From positions 26,042,001-26,106,000 of the forward strand of contig NC_087252.1 in assembly GCF_037042905.1 (NCBI RefSeq): a stretch of 64,000 nucleotides of DNA, written 5' to 3'. The number at the start of each line of letters is the position of its first letter. The stretch's first letter is position 1. Positions 13,801 through 26,644 of the stretch are shown here, piece by piece. Source of the DNA: Lytechinus pictus. Taxonomy: Eukaryota. The notes under the pieces were generated by a model, which ran no database searches, was not told the DNA's origin, and worked only from the letters and a program-made list of their open reading frames with translations. Position numbers and translations under genes: made by a program.

Positions 13801-14770
13801 TAAAGCTTTGTCGAAAAAAGGGTTTACCAATGTTTTATATTAAGTTTCGATATACATAGGCTCAATTGCGTTATATTATTTAGATGAGCAGAACGTTGAA
13901 AATATATATCGTGAAATATTATGGAATAATAATAATAATATTACAATAAATGGACTACCTTTAAATTTTCAGGAATGGAAATAAGCTGGTATTTTGTATG
14001 TTAAACAAGTAGTATGTAAAGGTATTAGATGTATCATTTTTAGAAACTTTTTTTATGTTGATAATTTAGTATTTAGTTTTAGATTTTTAAAATTAAAAAA
14101 AGCATTTCCTGCTCATTGGGTTGAAAAAATAAGTACGATGAAAGAAAAACAAAATGAGTCTCCAGAACAAGAAGAAATCGATATATCGATATATATGAAA
14201 GAAAAACAAAATGAGTCTCCAGAACATGAAGAAATCGATATATCTGTTGGTATAACTTGCACCAGAGCAAAAAAAAAATATTTGTTGTTTTTACAACAAA
14301 AGAAGGTTGATTTTTATATTTTGGACATCTGGGGAAAACAACTTAAATTGCCAGAAAATTCAGTTTGGAAAGACATCCTTCATTTTAAATTCAAAAAGAT
14401 AAAAGATAACAGAATCAAGCAATTCAATTTCAAACTGTTACATAAAATATTACCTTCTAGAGACAATTTGTTCAAGTGGAAAATTGTAAATACAAATCAA
14501 TGCGAAATCTGTAATGAAATCGAGACCATTAGCCATTTTCTGTTTTTTTGCAAAAATATTAAAGTTCATTGGAAAATAATATCGAGGATGATTTATTTTA
14601 TTTTCAAAGAAGAAATGGTGATAACTATGAAAATTTTGTTAATTGGGTATAAAATAGACAACCCAAAATTTGATCTTATTAATTTGACGATCAATGTTGC
14701 CCAGTTTCTAGTTTATAATCATTATGTAAAATGCAACCTTCAAAATCTAAATCATAGCAATAAGAGATAG
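10834..14770 (+). pseudogene. ORF2 (endonuclease-reverse transcriptase) of the Tx1/L1 LINE, disrupted
   Basis: Pieces in ORFs 10756..11205, 11844..12689, 12865..13188, 13145..13843 and 13994..14770. Confidence 0.9.
11364..11607 (-). mobile_element. tRNA-derived SINE inserted in the LINE endonuclease region
   Basis: Minus strand starts GTGGTCCAGTGGTTAGAGCA (A box)...GAGTTCGAATCCC (B box); AATT on both sides; LINE coding sequence resumes afterwards (KQFTW...SRLDYWL). Confidence 0.85.
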
Positions 14771-17700
14771 ATCACGGAATTTGTTTCATATTTGAAGTTT
14801 TATTTAAATCATTACGGATCTAAACAATTTTGTGTATGAGAGGTCAAGAAAATTATTGATATATTGTAATTCCTGTTATAAATATTATATCATTTGACTC
14901 TTGAAATGAGTTACTCCTATGTAAATATGTATATATGTAAATATTTTGAAACAATAAATCCTCAAGTAATAGGCAAAGAGAAAAAACAATCTAACGTGGG
15001 GTGATTTTACCTGGGTCTTTTAGGTCTTTCGGGCTGACTCGGATGTGTATATGTACGTGCATATACTGTATACGTACGACGTCATTGTTACATACATGTA
15101 TGTTATTATATCAGTTATTACATATCTACATGTATATATGCCCATATGTCCACCTGTCCCTCCCTCTATACTATTGATATGTTTCGTTCGTTTTTGTTAA
15201 CATAGAACCCATGAAGAAGGCCTAAGGCCGAAATCTCTGATTAAATTGTGGTATATCAGCAACGTCAAATCGTCTTGTCATTTTTTTTTCGCCTATTATA
15301 TATTCGTCTTCAATTAATATTCATCTTTGGAATAAACCTACCGATGAACTTTACTCATTATGTGACAGACTATTGATTTGCTTCATAATTCTTGTAACAC
15401 TGAACAATCACCACGCTACGGCACTACAATATATTTTGAGTGTTACAGTATATTCAAGAACTTTCCAAAAATCTCAAAAAAATGTTTTCAATTCAAATTG
15501 GCTTTTGTTTCGAATTGGCTTTCGTCTCAAATTGGCTTTCGACTCCCGGACAAGCCCCCTAAATATTTGGTACGATACTGAAACAAATAACAATGAAAAT
15601 TTAGTTTTAAATTAGATTTCCTTTTTTTATTACAGGATATAGATCATACAACAAAATAAAACCAAACATCTTACATGTCTTGAAGTATCATCTGATTATA
15701 TTCAAAAGTTATGATAGTTAAGTATTTAGGAATATTTGTGGGGAAAAATGAAAAGCATATACGAAAGCTAAATGAGGAAGGGAAAATTAGCATACTAAAA
15801 ACATGGACAATGGGACAGTTTACATGTAATGGTAAAATAATTATTATAAAATGTTTGATTGTGCCTCAAATCGTTTATGTTGGTACGGTTATTCCAATGC
15901 CAGACTACATATGCAAGGGTTTACAAAAGATAATATATTGCTTTTTATGGAATTCAAAGCGTGAGAAAGTTAAACGTAATATTTGTGTCAGACCGATAGT
16001 TGAAGGTGGTCTTGGTATGATCGATCTATATTCGAAATCAAAATCACTTATATTGTCTTGGATAAATTCCTTTTTTAATAATTATGATGCAGTCTGGAAA
16101 ACACTATTCTCGTTTTGGTTAAGTTACATAGGAGAACTCCCCTCACTGTTTTCAAATGAACTGTCATCCAAAACACATGTTAAAGCTTTGTCGAAAAAAG
16201 GGTTTACCAATGTTTTATATTAAGTTTCGATATACATAGGCTCAATTGCGTTATATTATTTAGATGAGCAGAACGTTGAAAATATATATCGTGAAATATT
16301 ATGGAATAATAATAATAATATTACAATAAATGGACTACCTTTAAATTTTCAGGAATGGAAATAAGCTGGTATTTTGTATGTTAAACAAGTAGTATGTAAA
16401 GGTATTAGATGTATCATTTTTAGAAACTTTTTTTATGTTGATAATTTAGTATTTAGTTTTAGATTTTTAAAATTAAAAAAAGCATTTCCTGCTCATTGGG
16501 TTGAAAAAATAAGTACGATGAAAGAAAAACAAAATGAGTCTCCAGAACAAGAAGAAATCGATATATCGATATATATGAAAGAAAAACAAAATGAGTCTCC
16601 AGAACATGAAGAAATCGATATATCTGTTGGTATAACTTGCACCAGAGCAAAAAAAAAATATTTGTTGTTTTTACAACAAAAGAAGGTTGATTTTTATATT
16701 TTGGACATCTGGGGAAAACAACTTAAATTGCCAGAAAATTCAGTTTGGAAAGACATCCTTCATTTTAAATTCAAAAAGATAAAAGATAACAGAATCAAGC
16801 AATTCAATTTCAAACTGTTACATAAAATATTACCTTCTAGAGACAATTTGTTCAAGTGGAAAATTGTAAATACAAATCAATGCGAAATCTGTAATGAAAT
16901 CGAGACCATTAGCCATTTTCTGTTTTTTTGCAAAAATATTAAAGTTCATTGGAAAATAATATCGAGGATGATTTATTTTATTTTCAAAGAAGAAATGGTG
17001 ATAACTATGAAAATTTTGTTAATTGGGTATAAAATAGACAACCCAAAATTTGATCTTATTAATTTGACGATCAATGTTGCCCAGTTTCTAGTTTATAATC
17101 ATTATGTAAAATGCAACCTTCAAAATCTAAATCATAGCAATAAGAGATAGATCACGGAATTTGTTTCATATTTGAAGTTTTATTTAAATCATTACGGATC
17201 TAAACAATTTTGTGTATGAGAGGTCAAGAAAATTATTGATATATTGTAATTCCTGTTATAAATATTATATCATTTGACTCTTGAAATGAGTTACTCCTAT
17301 GTAAATATGTATATATGTAAATATTTTGAAACAATAAATCCTCAAGTAATAGGCAAAGAGAAAAAACAATCTAACGTGGGGTGATTTTACCTGGGTCTTT
17401 TAGGTCTTTCGGGCTGACTCGGATGTGTATATGTACGTGCATATACTGTATACGTACGACGTCATTGTTACATACATGTATGTTATTATATCAGTTATTA
17501 CATATCTACATGTATATATGCCCATATGTCCACCTGTCCCTCCCTCTATACTATTGATATGTTTCGTTCGTTTTTGTTAACATAGAACCCATGAAGAAGG
17601 CCTAAGGCCGAAATCTCTGATTAAATTGTGGTATATCAGCAACGTCAAATCGTCTTGTCATTTTTTTTTCGCCTATTATATATTCGTCTTCAATTAATAT

Positions 17701-18098
17701 TCATCTTTGGAATAAACCTACCGATGAACTTTACTCATTATGTGACAGACTATTGATTTGCTTCATAATTCTTGTAACACTGAACAATCACCACGCTACG
17801 GCACTACAATATATTTTGAGTGTTACAGTATATTCAAGAACTTTCCAAAAATCTCAAAAAAATGTTTTCAATTCAAATTGGCTTTTGTTTCGAATTGGCT
17901 TTCGTCTCAAATTGGCTTTCGACTCCCGGACAAGCCCCCTAAATATTTGGTACGATACTGAAACAAATAACAATGAAAATTTAGTTTTAAATTAGATTTC
18001 CTTTTTTTATTACAGGATATAGATCATACAACAAAATAAAACCAAACATCTTACATGTCTTGAAGTATCATCTGATTATATTCAAAAGTTATGATAGT
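13337..18098 (+). repeat. Tandem duplication, 2 x 2380 bp (LINE 3' part plus about 730 bp of flank)
   Basis: 13337-15716 equals 15717-18096; identical ORFs 13994/16374 and 15373/17753 offset by 2380; GT microhomology at the junction. Confidence 0.95.
15717..17367 (+). pseudogene. Duplicated 3' portion of the Tx1/L1 ORF2
   Basis: ORFs 15711..16223 and 16374..17150 match the first copy. Confidence 0.9.
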
Positions 18099-18130
18099 CC
18101 TGTATTAAATCCAGATACTAGCACATCAAT

Positions 18131-19442
18131 AATGTAGAGCTCATACGGCATCTCGCAACAAAATTTAACACAATTTTAATTTCAGCCCAGTTGACACTGT
18201 AGTGAATTATATTGGTGACATAAATTGAGGATATAGAATTGAAATTAATGAAGAAATGACATAGAAGCATTTTTGTTGTGATCTATGAATAACTTTCATA
18301 TAAATTAAGCATAAATAAGTTTCTAGTCAAATTTCTTAACTCTGTGTAGAACCATAGTGAACCTCATGTAGCTCTTAGATGGAACAAAAATAATCATAAT
18401 CGATCAACAAATAAATAAGTAATTTTTGTAAGCTTTGAAAATATAGATTAGCATACTTAATAAATTTCAAAATTCTGTGTTGAAATTTTGTATCACCACC
18501 TCGAGCTATCATATAAAGCAAACAAATTTGAAATTGATCAACAAATGAAGACGAAAAAACATTTTTTGTGATTAATGAATAAATTTTGCTTAAATTAGCA
18601 TAAATAATTTTCAAGACAAAGTTTAAAAATTTTGTGTACAAGTTTGGTAAACCTCATGCAGCTCTACAAGATAGAAGAAAAAAATCAAAATCTGTCAATA
18701 TTTAAAGAAGAGGCATTTTATGTGCTTTATGAATAAATTTTGCATAAATTAGCATAAACAATTTTCTACTAAAAATTTCAAAATTCTGTGAAGAAGTTTG
18801 GTGGACCTTACGAGGTTCTACCAGATGGAAGAAAAAAAATAAAATCGGTCAACAATTAAAGAAGAAAAAGCATTTTATGTGAATTTAAAAAAAAATATGA
18901 ATAAATTAATTTCTCATAAATTAGCATAAAACTTATTCTAGTCAAAATTTCAAAATTCTCTGTAGAAGTTTGGTAACCTCATGAAGTTCTACAAGATGGA
19001 ACAAAAATAAATAAAAATCGGTCAACAAATAAAGAAGAAGAAGCATTTTATGTGAATTTTTGAAAGAATGCATGAATTAATTTCGCATAAATTAGCATAA
19101 AAATTGTTGTGGTAAAAATTTCAAAATTCTGTGTAGTAGTTTGGTGAACCTCATGAAGCTCTACTAGATGAAAGCAAAAAATTCAAAATCAGACCACAAA
19201 TAAAGAAGCATTTTTTGTGAATTTTTAAAAATGCGCATAAATTAGCATATTTAATGAATTTCAAAATTCTGTGTAAAAGTTTTGAATCCCCCACCTAGTG
19301 CTATCATATAAAAGCAAACAGAATTGAAATCGGACTTGAAATGGCGAAGAAGTAGCATTTTGAAATTGTGGACAGACGACAGACGACGGACGCCACGCCA
19401 CGGCATAAGCTCATTTGGCCCTTCGGGCCGGATGAGCTAAAA
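18131..19442. mobile_element. HINE/DINE-like (Helentron-associated) non-autonomous element with internal 150-180-bp tandem repeats
   Basis: Subterminal AGCTCAT at 18138; repeats with AATTAGCATA...AAATTCTGTG; GACG microsatellite; terminal hairpin AGCTCATTTGGCCC-TTCG-GGCCGGATGAGCT at 19408-19438 followed by an A run. Confidence 0.8.
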
Positions 19443-20059
19443 ATCCAATTTGGTTGGCGAAGATTTCGTAAATTAAAGTTGACAATGATGACGATGATGA
19501 AACTGATGTTGAAGCACGGTGAATAACATGAGCCCCTGTAACGAGTTCAAATGTCTGTGAAGACGATGTTGATGATGATTAACTGTTAATTTTAGCAATC
19601 CATCGGTTGAAAAGCGTTCATTAAAACAGCTTGGTGATCGCGATGAGAACTGATAATTCATCTCTAAAAATAATTGCAAACAGTTCATTGATGGCGTGCA
19701 CAGAAGATAAATGTTGTATTCAAGTTGGAGATAAACTATGCTCTGACATGAAGTCTGGCGTGAAACTCTGAGTTCTGATCTGATATGATGATGTCCTTGA
19801 AGATAGTGCCAGCTTACATATATAAATTTCCACTATTCTGGAAGCTTCTAGTAATGTCTACAAAAAGAACATACTGCAAATTTCTAGAGCAGTCTAATTT
19901 TAGAAGATTCTTGAATTACCTCAGTGAAATTAACAATGTAAACGACATGGCTAATCCTATTGTCCATTTCCACTACCACTAGGAATCTATTGTGTAGCCA
20001 TCTATTGTTTAGCAGTCTGTATTGTCTCTCTTTGTACTTTCCAGAAATAACAAAGATTA

Positions 20060-20520
20060 TTCCATCTCATTAAATATACATGCCTAACAAACCTTTACTG
20101 AGACATTCTGGAATTTTCTTAACCATTATATGCTATGAATATCCTTAAAGAGAAAATAACTAAATAAATGAATGTAATTGCTCTTACAATTTTATTTATA
20201 TATAACACATCTTCTCTCTAATTTCATTGGGATTTGATTATTTTTTTAGTCCTGCTGTAAGCAAAGATCAAATATTTTTATTACAAGAATAATGTGATTT
20301 TAATGTGAAGTTATGTGTTCCTTCCCTATATTTGCTTAACACCAATGTGTATATCCACCCAACTAACATTTTTATTTGATGCATATTGAATAGGTTACCG
20401 CAATCTATCCATAAGTCTGTCGTCTTTTCACATGTAAAAAACAGATGCTCGTAGGTTTCTTCTTTATTCTTAAGAAATAAGTTTTCATCAAATAGCATTT
20501 GCCCGTTTAGTCGAATAAAT
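20060..20520 (-). mobile_element. 3' fragment of a Tx1/L1-type LINE ORF2
   Basis: EETYEHLFFTCEKTTDLW zinc-knuckle-region motif in ORF 20268..20498. Confidence 0.65.
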
Positions 20521-21104
20521 TTGTTTTAAAAACATGTCTCATTTCTTTTAGATGTTTCTTTTTTTAAGAAGTACTTCTTTGGTAGCGGCCCAAATTTGCA
20601 ACATATCCATATAAAATTTTGATAATTATATTTTACAAATATGCAGTGAAGTGAAAAGTAACGAGAAGCATCCAACATCAAGGGTTATATACATATATAT
20701 ATATATATATAAACTCCTCAAAAAAAGTTTGGAAATCTGACTTTGATCGATAATCAGATTTCAGTGAATATCAATGTGTAATTATTATCAATGAATAGAA
20801 CATTTAATTTTCTTTAAAATGATATCCTACATGATATGATTATGGTTCGCATGGAGGTGCATTGCCTTAAAATGTAGGGCAAGGTCAAAAATTCAAAAGT
20901 TGCAAAATTACACAATATTGAAAGTCACTCTTCTTTTTTTCGTGGTGATGAGTGAGTTTCTCAGCGGTTTTCTTTGACTTTGATCGATAATTCCAAATCG
21001 GTTTTAGTAAATATCAATGTGTAATTAATATCAATGAACGGATCATTCCATTTTCTTTAAAATGATACCCTACATGATGTGATTATCGTTCACATGGAGG
21101 TACA

Positions 21105-21290
21105 TGTGCTGCACTCGACCCAGGTGAGGTGAATGGGTACCCGGAAGGATTTATTCCTTGAATGCTTAAGCGCTACAGCCGGGGTAATGATAACATACCA
21201 AGTATATTTCAGCGCCTTGAGCACATAATCAATGTGGATTTGGCGCTTTAGAAATACTCTATATTATGATTACTATTATTATTATTATTA
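21105..21290 (+). mobile_element. 5'-truncated SINE with TTA tail
   Basis: GTGCTGCACTCGACCCAGGTGAGGTGAATGGGTACCCGG core shared with 55290-55330; (TTA)n tail. Confidence 0.75.
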
Positions 21291-21899
21291 CAGTGCCTTG
21301 AAATATGGGGCAAGGTCAAAATTCAAAAGTTGCAAAATGACACAATATTGTTCTTTTTCAGTGGTGATGAGTGAATTTCTCAGCGGGTTTTTTTTATTAT
21401 TATTCTCATGCACCTTAACATCGACATTAACATGGAATAAAACACACCTCTGCACAAGCAAACACATAACAAACAAACAAACGTGCATGTGTATTTCAAA
21501 CCACGACTCAAACCATGTTATCTCACAGAACCATCACTACAGAAGCAGGGGCTTGATTTGAATGGATTTTCATCTGTATTGACACAGACAAAAGAATCAT
21601 GTTCTGTATTGACCCTTCATGACTATTTCTGCTCGTTATGCAGCTTTATATTTATATTTTATTTATTTATTTCGTTTTATTTATTTTATACTGCAGGGTA
21701 GGCCTGTTCAGTTCTTAAAACTGCTTTACAAAGGCGCCCTGCAGTTTAAAATACATGTCAAGATAACTATGAACAACAACAACAACAAACAACATCAAAA
21801 ATACAAAATACAAAATATCTAACATCAGAAACAACTAACACCAAAATATAGAGTGGGAAGTGATAATTAAAACATACATAGCATTGTAAATCAATGGAA

Positions 21900-24800
21900 T
21901 ATCATTTCGCTCTTTATCAATTCGTATGAAAGGCTTTGCATAATTTTGTAAAAACTAACAAGGAGGTACAAACTTGTAAATTTGAAGGAAGTGCATTAAA
22001 TAATTTGGGTCCGACATATGCGAAAGATTTGTTTTAATGTTCAATTCTAGCTTTGGGAAGCTGAAGGGGGCATCGTAAAGAAAACCGTGTCCTGTATTTC
22101 ACGGGCCGTTTACATACTAAAGGTTTTGAATAATTTGGAACTAAATCATTCATTAATTTAGATACAAGAACACAATACTGATATTTTATACGCTGATCTA
22201 CTGATTGCCACTTCAGTGACTGCAACAAAGAAATTTGTGATGTATTATAGTCTTTTTTCAAAAGCATTCTGGCATATGTATTTTGAAGTTTTTGTATCTT
22301 ATCTAAATGTATTTTTGCACTGCTTCCCCAAGATGTAATACAGTAATCAATGTAAGGTAAAATCATAGAAAAGTACAGCTTCTTCATGATATCAAATGAC
22401 AGTAAGTGCTTAATCCGCCTTACACAACCTATAGCCCGAGATATTTCATAAACGATAATAGTAATATGTTCGCACCAAGTCAAGCCCGGATCGAGCATGA
22501 CACCTAAGTATTTAATCTTTTTTACATTTTCTAATTGTATGTTCCTGAATTTCACTGACAAATGAGCACCCCTCAACTTTTTCTTTTGACCAAATACCAT
22601 TGCTTTTGTTTTTTGCGGGTGTAAATGCATATTATTTAAGTCTAGCCATTTACTTATTGAATCTTGCAAATACTTTTGTACCTCCTTAATTTATTCACCG
22701 TGATTAAAAATGGCGGTATCATCAGCATAAAGAGACATTTTAGAATGTACATGCAATTTCAAATTACACATGTCATTAATAAAAATACAAAATATCAATG
22801 GACCCAGTATAGATCCTTGTGGGACACCTGATTTTATCTTCAAAAATTTACTGCGACAACTGTTAATCATTACAAATTGCCTTCTGTCCGTTAAATACGA
22901 TTCCATCCAGTTGTAATCATTGCCAGTAATACCATAGTACTTAAAGAGAAATTCCTGTAGTTGCAGTAAACACTGATTTCATGAGAAAGTCTGTTAAACC
23001 AGGCTTAATTGTCAGTATATCATCGAGGATCTAGATCTGGTACAGTTACATAAACTGAACTTTGTGAAATCTTGAAATCTACGCTGAAAATGTTCAGACT
23101 GAACTTCCCCAACACAGATAAGCGCACGTGGGACAGTGTATAATTATTGCTTTGAGCGTCGGGCCCGACGCTCTACCCGAATCCTGTGCTTATTTGCTGA
23201 TTTCTCAGCAATTACACAATTTCTTCCAGAATCCTTTGGCACATGCGTTTTATTTATACAAACAGACACTTTGGTGGTCATTTCATTGGATTCTGTACGA
23301 ACTCATTTTGATATCGTTACCAAAACTAGCATTTACCTTTAAGTTTTGCAAGTATAAAATTGTGAGGAATAACATCAAAAGCTTTGCGTAAGTCCAAGAA
23401 AATACCACCAGTAACATGTTTTCGGTCCATTTTATCATACAAAAAGTCTGTAATCTCAGTTAGACAAGTGGCAATAGAATAAGACGGTCTGAAGCCAGAC
23501 TGACAATTTGCAAGTAGATCATTTACATTTAAGTACTTATACAATTGATCATGTATTGCTCTCTCTCTAGTATTTTGGACAGGACTGGAAGCACAGAAAT
23601 TGGTCTATAATTGTCAATATCAAATGATCCTCCCTTATGTACAGGAGTAATTCTTGCTGTTTTGAAATCTTCTGGAATAACACTAGTTTGTAAAGTTGCA
23701 TTAAATAAATGGGTTAAAGGGCCAGCTATACCCTCTGCTGCCAGCTTAAGAAACTTAGGGTGAATGCCATCTACTCCGACCGCTTTCGAACAATCAATAT
23801 GTAATAGTTCTTTCAAAACATACTCCTTTTTGATTGCATAAAATTTAAATTCACAATCTGGAATAAACAGAGTTTGTAAATTGTTTAATAAATCTTTCGA
23901 GAAATTACCCGAAGCGGCTTGCAACCTCGAGCCGACTTCATTAAAGGCTTTGTTTAGAACGTGAGCTATTTCATTGTTAGGTATTTGATCATTATCAATT
24001 GTTAATTTAACATCATGACTTGTGGTTTTATTTTTCTTAGGTATAAGCTTCGATAAAATGTTCTAGTTCTTTTTTATGTCATTTCCGCAGTCCTTAAATT
24101 TGTCCTGATAATACTTCTTTTTCAAATTTTTAATCAAGTTATTAGCTCTGTTACGGGAAAACTGAAATCCATTCCACCAATAAATTAATCTTGTTTTTCT
24201 AAATTGCTTTCGATAATAATCCCTTTCGCGTGCTAATACCAAAAAATCATCCTTTATCCAAGGTACCCCTCTTTGTTTTTGCCGCACTGATATCACGGGG
24301 GCATGCCTGTCACAAATGTCCAGGAGTGTGTTTTTAAAGTAGTGCCACAATTTTTCAACGTCAGTCCCACAGGAATAAAACTCATGCCAATCAACTTTCC
24401 TTACACCATCTTTAAATTTCTCACTGTCAAAGTACTTGAATGAACGACATTTAGTTATTTTCGGAGAAAGGGATTGATGTTTCCCTTTAATTGCAGTAAA
24501 AATCACAGAGTGATCACTAAGTCCAGCTGACTGCACTCCTGACTTAATAATATTGTCAACAAGTGCATCAGAAATACATACCAAATCGATTACTGACTGG
24601 CTATGTGGTGAAATTCTAGTGGGTTCAGATATAACCTGTGTCATTTGCATTGTAGTAAGGAGACTGGAAACTTTTCTAGAAAGATTATTTATGGTTTGCA
24701 TATTACAGTTAAAATCACCAAGAAGGATGACGTTGTTTGTAACTGTATACAATTTCTCAAGATTACTTTCAAGACTGTCAAAAAAATCTAAATGATTATC

Positions 24801-25444
24801 CGGTTTTTTATACAATATACCAATAAATAATGAGCTACTATTGCTACGTTGCAACTCCAAACAAATTATTTCTAAGGCAACAGATTCAAGATCCAATCTC
24901 CTTATATACGATAAATTTTCTGATATAAAACATCCCACTCCACCTCCATGAGTACATCTATCCTTCCTCTCAAACGTACATGTATAACCTTTAACAGAAA
25001 TCAACCTATCAGAATGTTCTTTTGTTAACCATGTTTCTGACACTCCTAGTAGATCATAAGGGTTATTATTCAGCCAACATTGTAAATCAGCAACTTTATC
25101 AACAATGCTTCTGACATTAAGATGAGCTAATTTTATACCTTTAATATCTTTTAGAGCAAAATCATTAGTTTCGGTTGACCTATCATCATGTGCGTCGACA
25201 GAAATATTATTACAGTTATACACGACTTCAGTAGATAGATCAGGATCATTCCAAAAAGGTAATACACTTTGGATAATACATTTCGGGCACTGCCAATGTT
25301 CAAACAGTTCATCTGAATCATCTAGGTCTCTCTTGAGACCCCGCCACAAACTATATGCACCCACTGTGAACATACAGTGCATAACAAAGCCTTTTGATTT
25401 ATTTTAACAGATTTATTACAAATTGAACATGGGTATTTAATCAT
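21900..25444 (-). pseudogene. LINE ORF2 PHD-endonuclease-reverse transcriptase, disrupted
   Basis: ORFs 24063..25382, 23529..23924, 23326..23544, 22691..22906, 22034..22669; start codon near 25444. Confidence 0.9.
22945..23338. mobile_element. TTAA-specific non-autonomous DNA element (Kolobok-like) inserted in the RT
   Basis: TTAA at 22941-22944 and 23339-23342; imperfect TIRs AGAGAAATTCC / GCATTTACCT; removal restores ...ILAKLK-YYGITG... Confidence 0.85.
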
Positions 25445-25811
25445 TAAATCTTATGTTGAAATTAGGTTGAGATTTTACTTCCTCCACTCTAAGCAATTTA
25501 TATAAATTAATCATTTTAATTATCAAATATATATACATGAAAGACCCGAATATGTGCAAAATAGCAACAGCAACAATAACAATAAAATGAAAATTGTCAC
25601 ACATCAAAACAAGTGAAATGTATTACGTGTAAGTAATGAATGTAATGTTATACAAATATTCAATAAAACAAGAACCAAGTTCTAGTGATTAACGTTATTA
25701 AAAACAAATCGTATATTTAATAGTGCAATTTAAAAACAAATAGTAAACAGGAACGCCTGTGTGCTCAAGCAGACCAAGTATTACAGTTCAGTGAATTTGA
25801 TTGATATTGTC

Positions 25812-26644
25812 TCATTCCTTCAATTGATCAAGTTTTCCGAGGTCCTTTACACTTGAAAGAGCAACTCTTTTCCCACTCTTATTCATCGCTGTTACTCTTC
25901 CGTCTTGAGTCCAGACTGTGTGGACTTGCAGGAGGTTTCCCTTCTTCACTTGCCAGAACAGCTGAGATCGCTTCCGTGTTAGATTTTCATTGATGTAAAT
26001 TGAAAGGCCTTTCAGCTTAGCCCTAGATGCGTATACAGCCTCTCTTGCTCTGTAGTTGGAAAATTTGATGATGATATTCCGGGGCTTACGTGGATCCTTC
26101 CGCTTTTTCTCAAGCGCAGCATGGCTGGAAAGGCGGTGAGAACGATCGATGTCCTCTTGTTTCACTGTAACACCCAGATTCCTCTGGCACACCTCTATGA
26201 TCTTGGCATCAGTATCTCCGTTTGCAGATTCAGCAATACCACTGAAAATCAGGCAAATTGCGGCGTGAATACTGCTCCGCCTCATCAGCTGCAACTTCTA
26301 GCGACTCGACTCTGTTTTTTAGACGACCGACTTCCTCCAGAAGATTTGCATTCTCGAATAAGATGGACTCAACATGATCTGAAACTGCTGATTCAATTTC
26401 CTTCACAAGAACAGATTTTTATGGAGCTGACTAGGTTTTTTACGAACGATTCTTCTAGAAGAATAACTTGCAGAGCTTTTTTGATAGCCACCTCCAACCC
26501 TTCTTCGACGCCTGGTACCTCACACGCAGCAGACCCTTCTTCGCCTCCGTCATCACTGAATCGAGAGTTTGTTGACCTCGTCGGGGATCGGGAACGCGCA
26601 CTAGATCTTTGCTCATGATGCTTGCGCGTTGGCCAGGCTTGCAT
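25812..26644 (-). pseudogene. LINE ORF1 (coiled-coil/RRM-type nucleic-acid-binding protein), broken into two frames
   Basis: ORFs 26393..26644 and 25812..26294. Confidence 0.8.

Larger units (their letters stand above)
10100..14987 (+). mobile_element. Decayed Tx1/L1-clade LINE (ORF1 remnant plus frameshifted ORF2: APE endonuclease, RT, C-terminal zinc knuckle)
   Basis: SLNVRGLR...FLQET...HSRGVAIL (APE); RSPGSDG..VEFY, GLRQGCPISALSF, QFADDTT, GGLG (RT); CEIC...ETISHFLFFC; AATAAA and A-rich end at about 14953-14987; many stops and frameshifts. 5' boundary approximate. Confidence 0.92.

Noticed and set aside
19408..19443. UUCG-type hairpin with A/T run resembling an intrinsic terminator
   Set aside because: It is the terminal stem-loop of the HINE-like element in eukaryotic DNA
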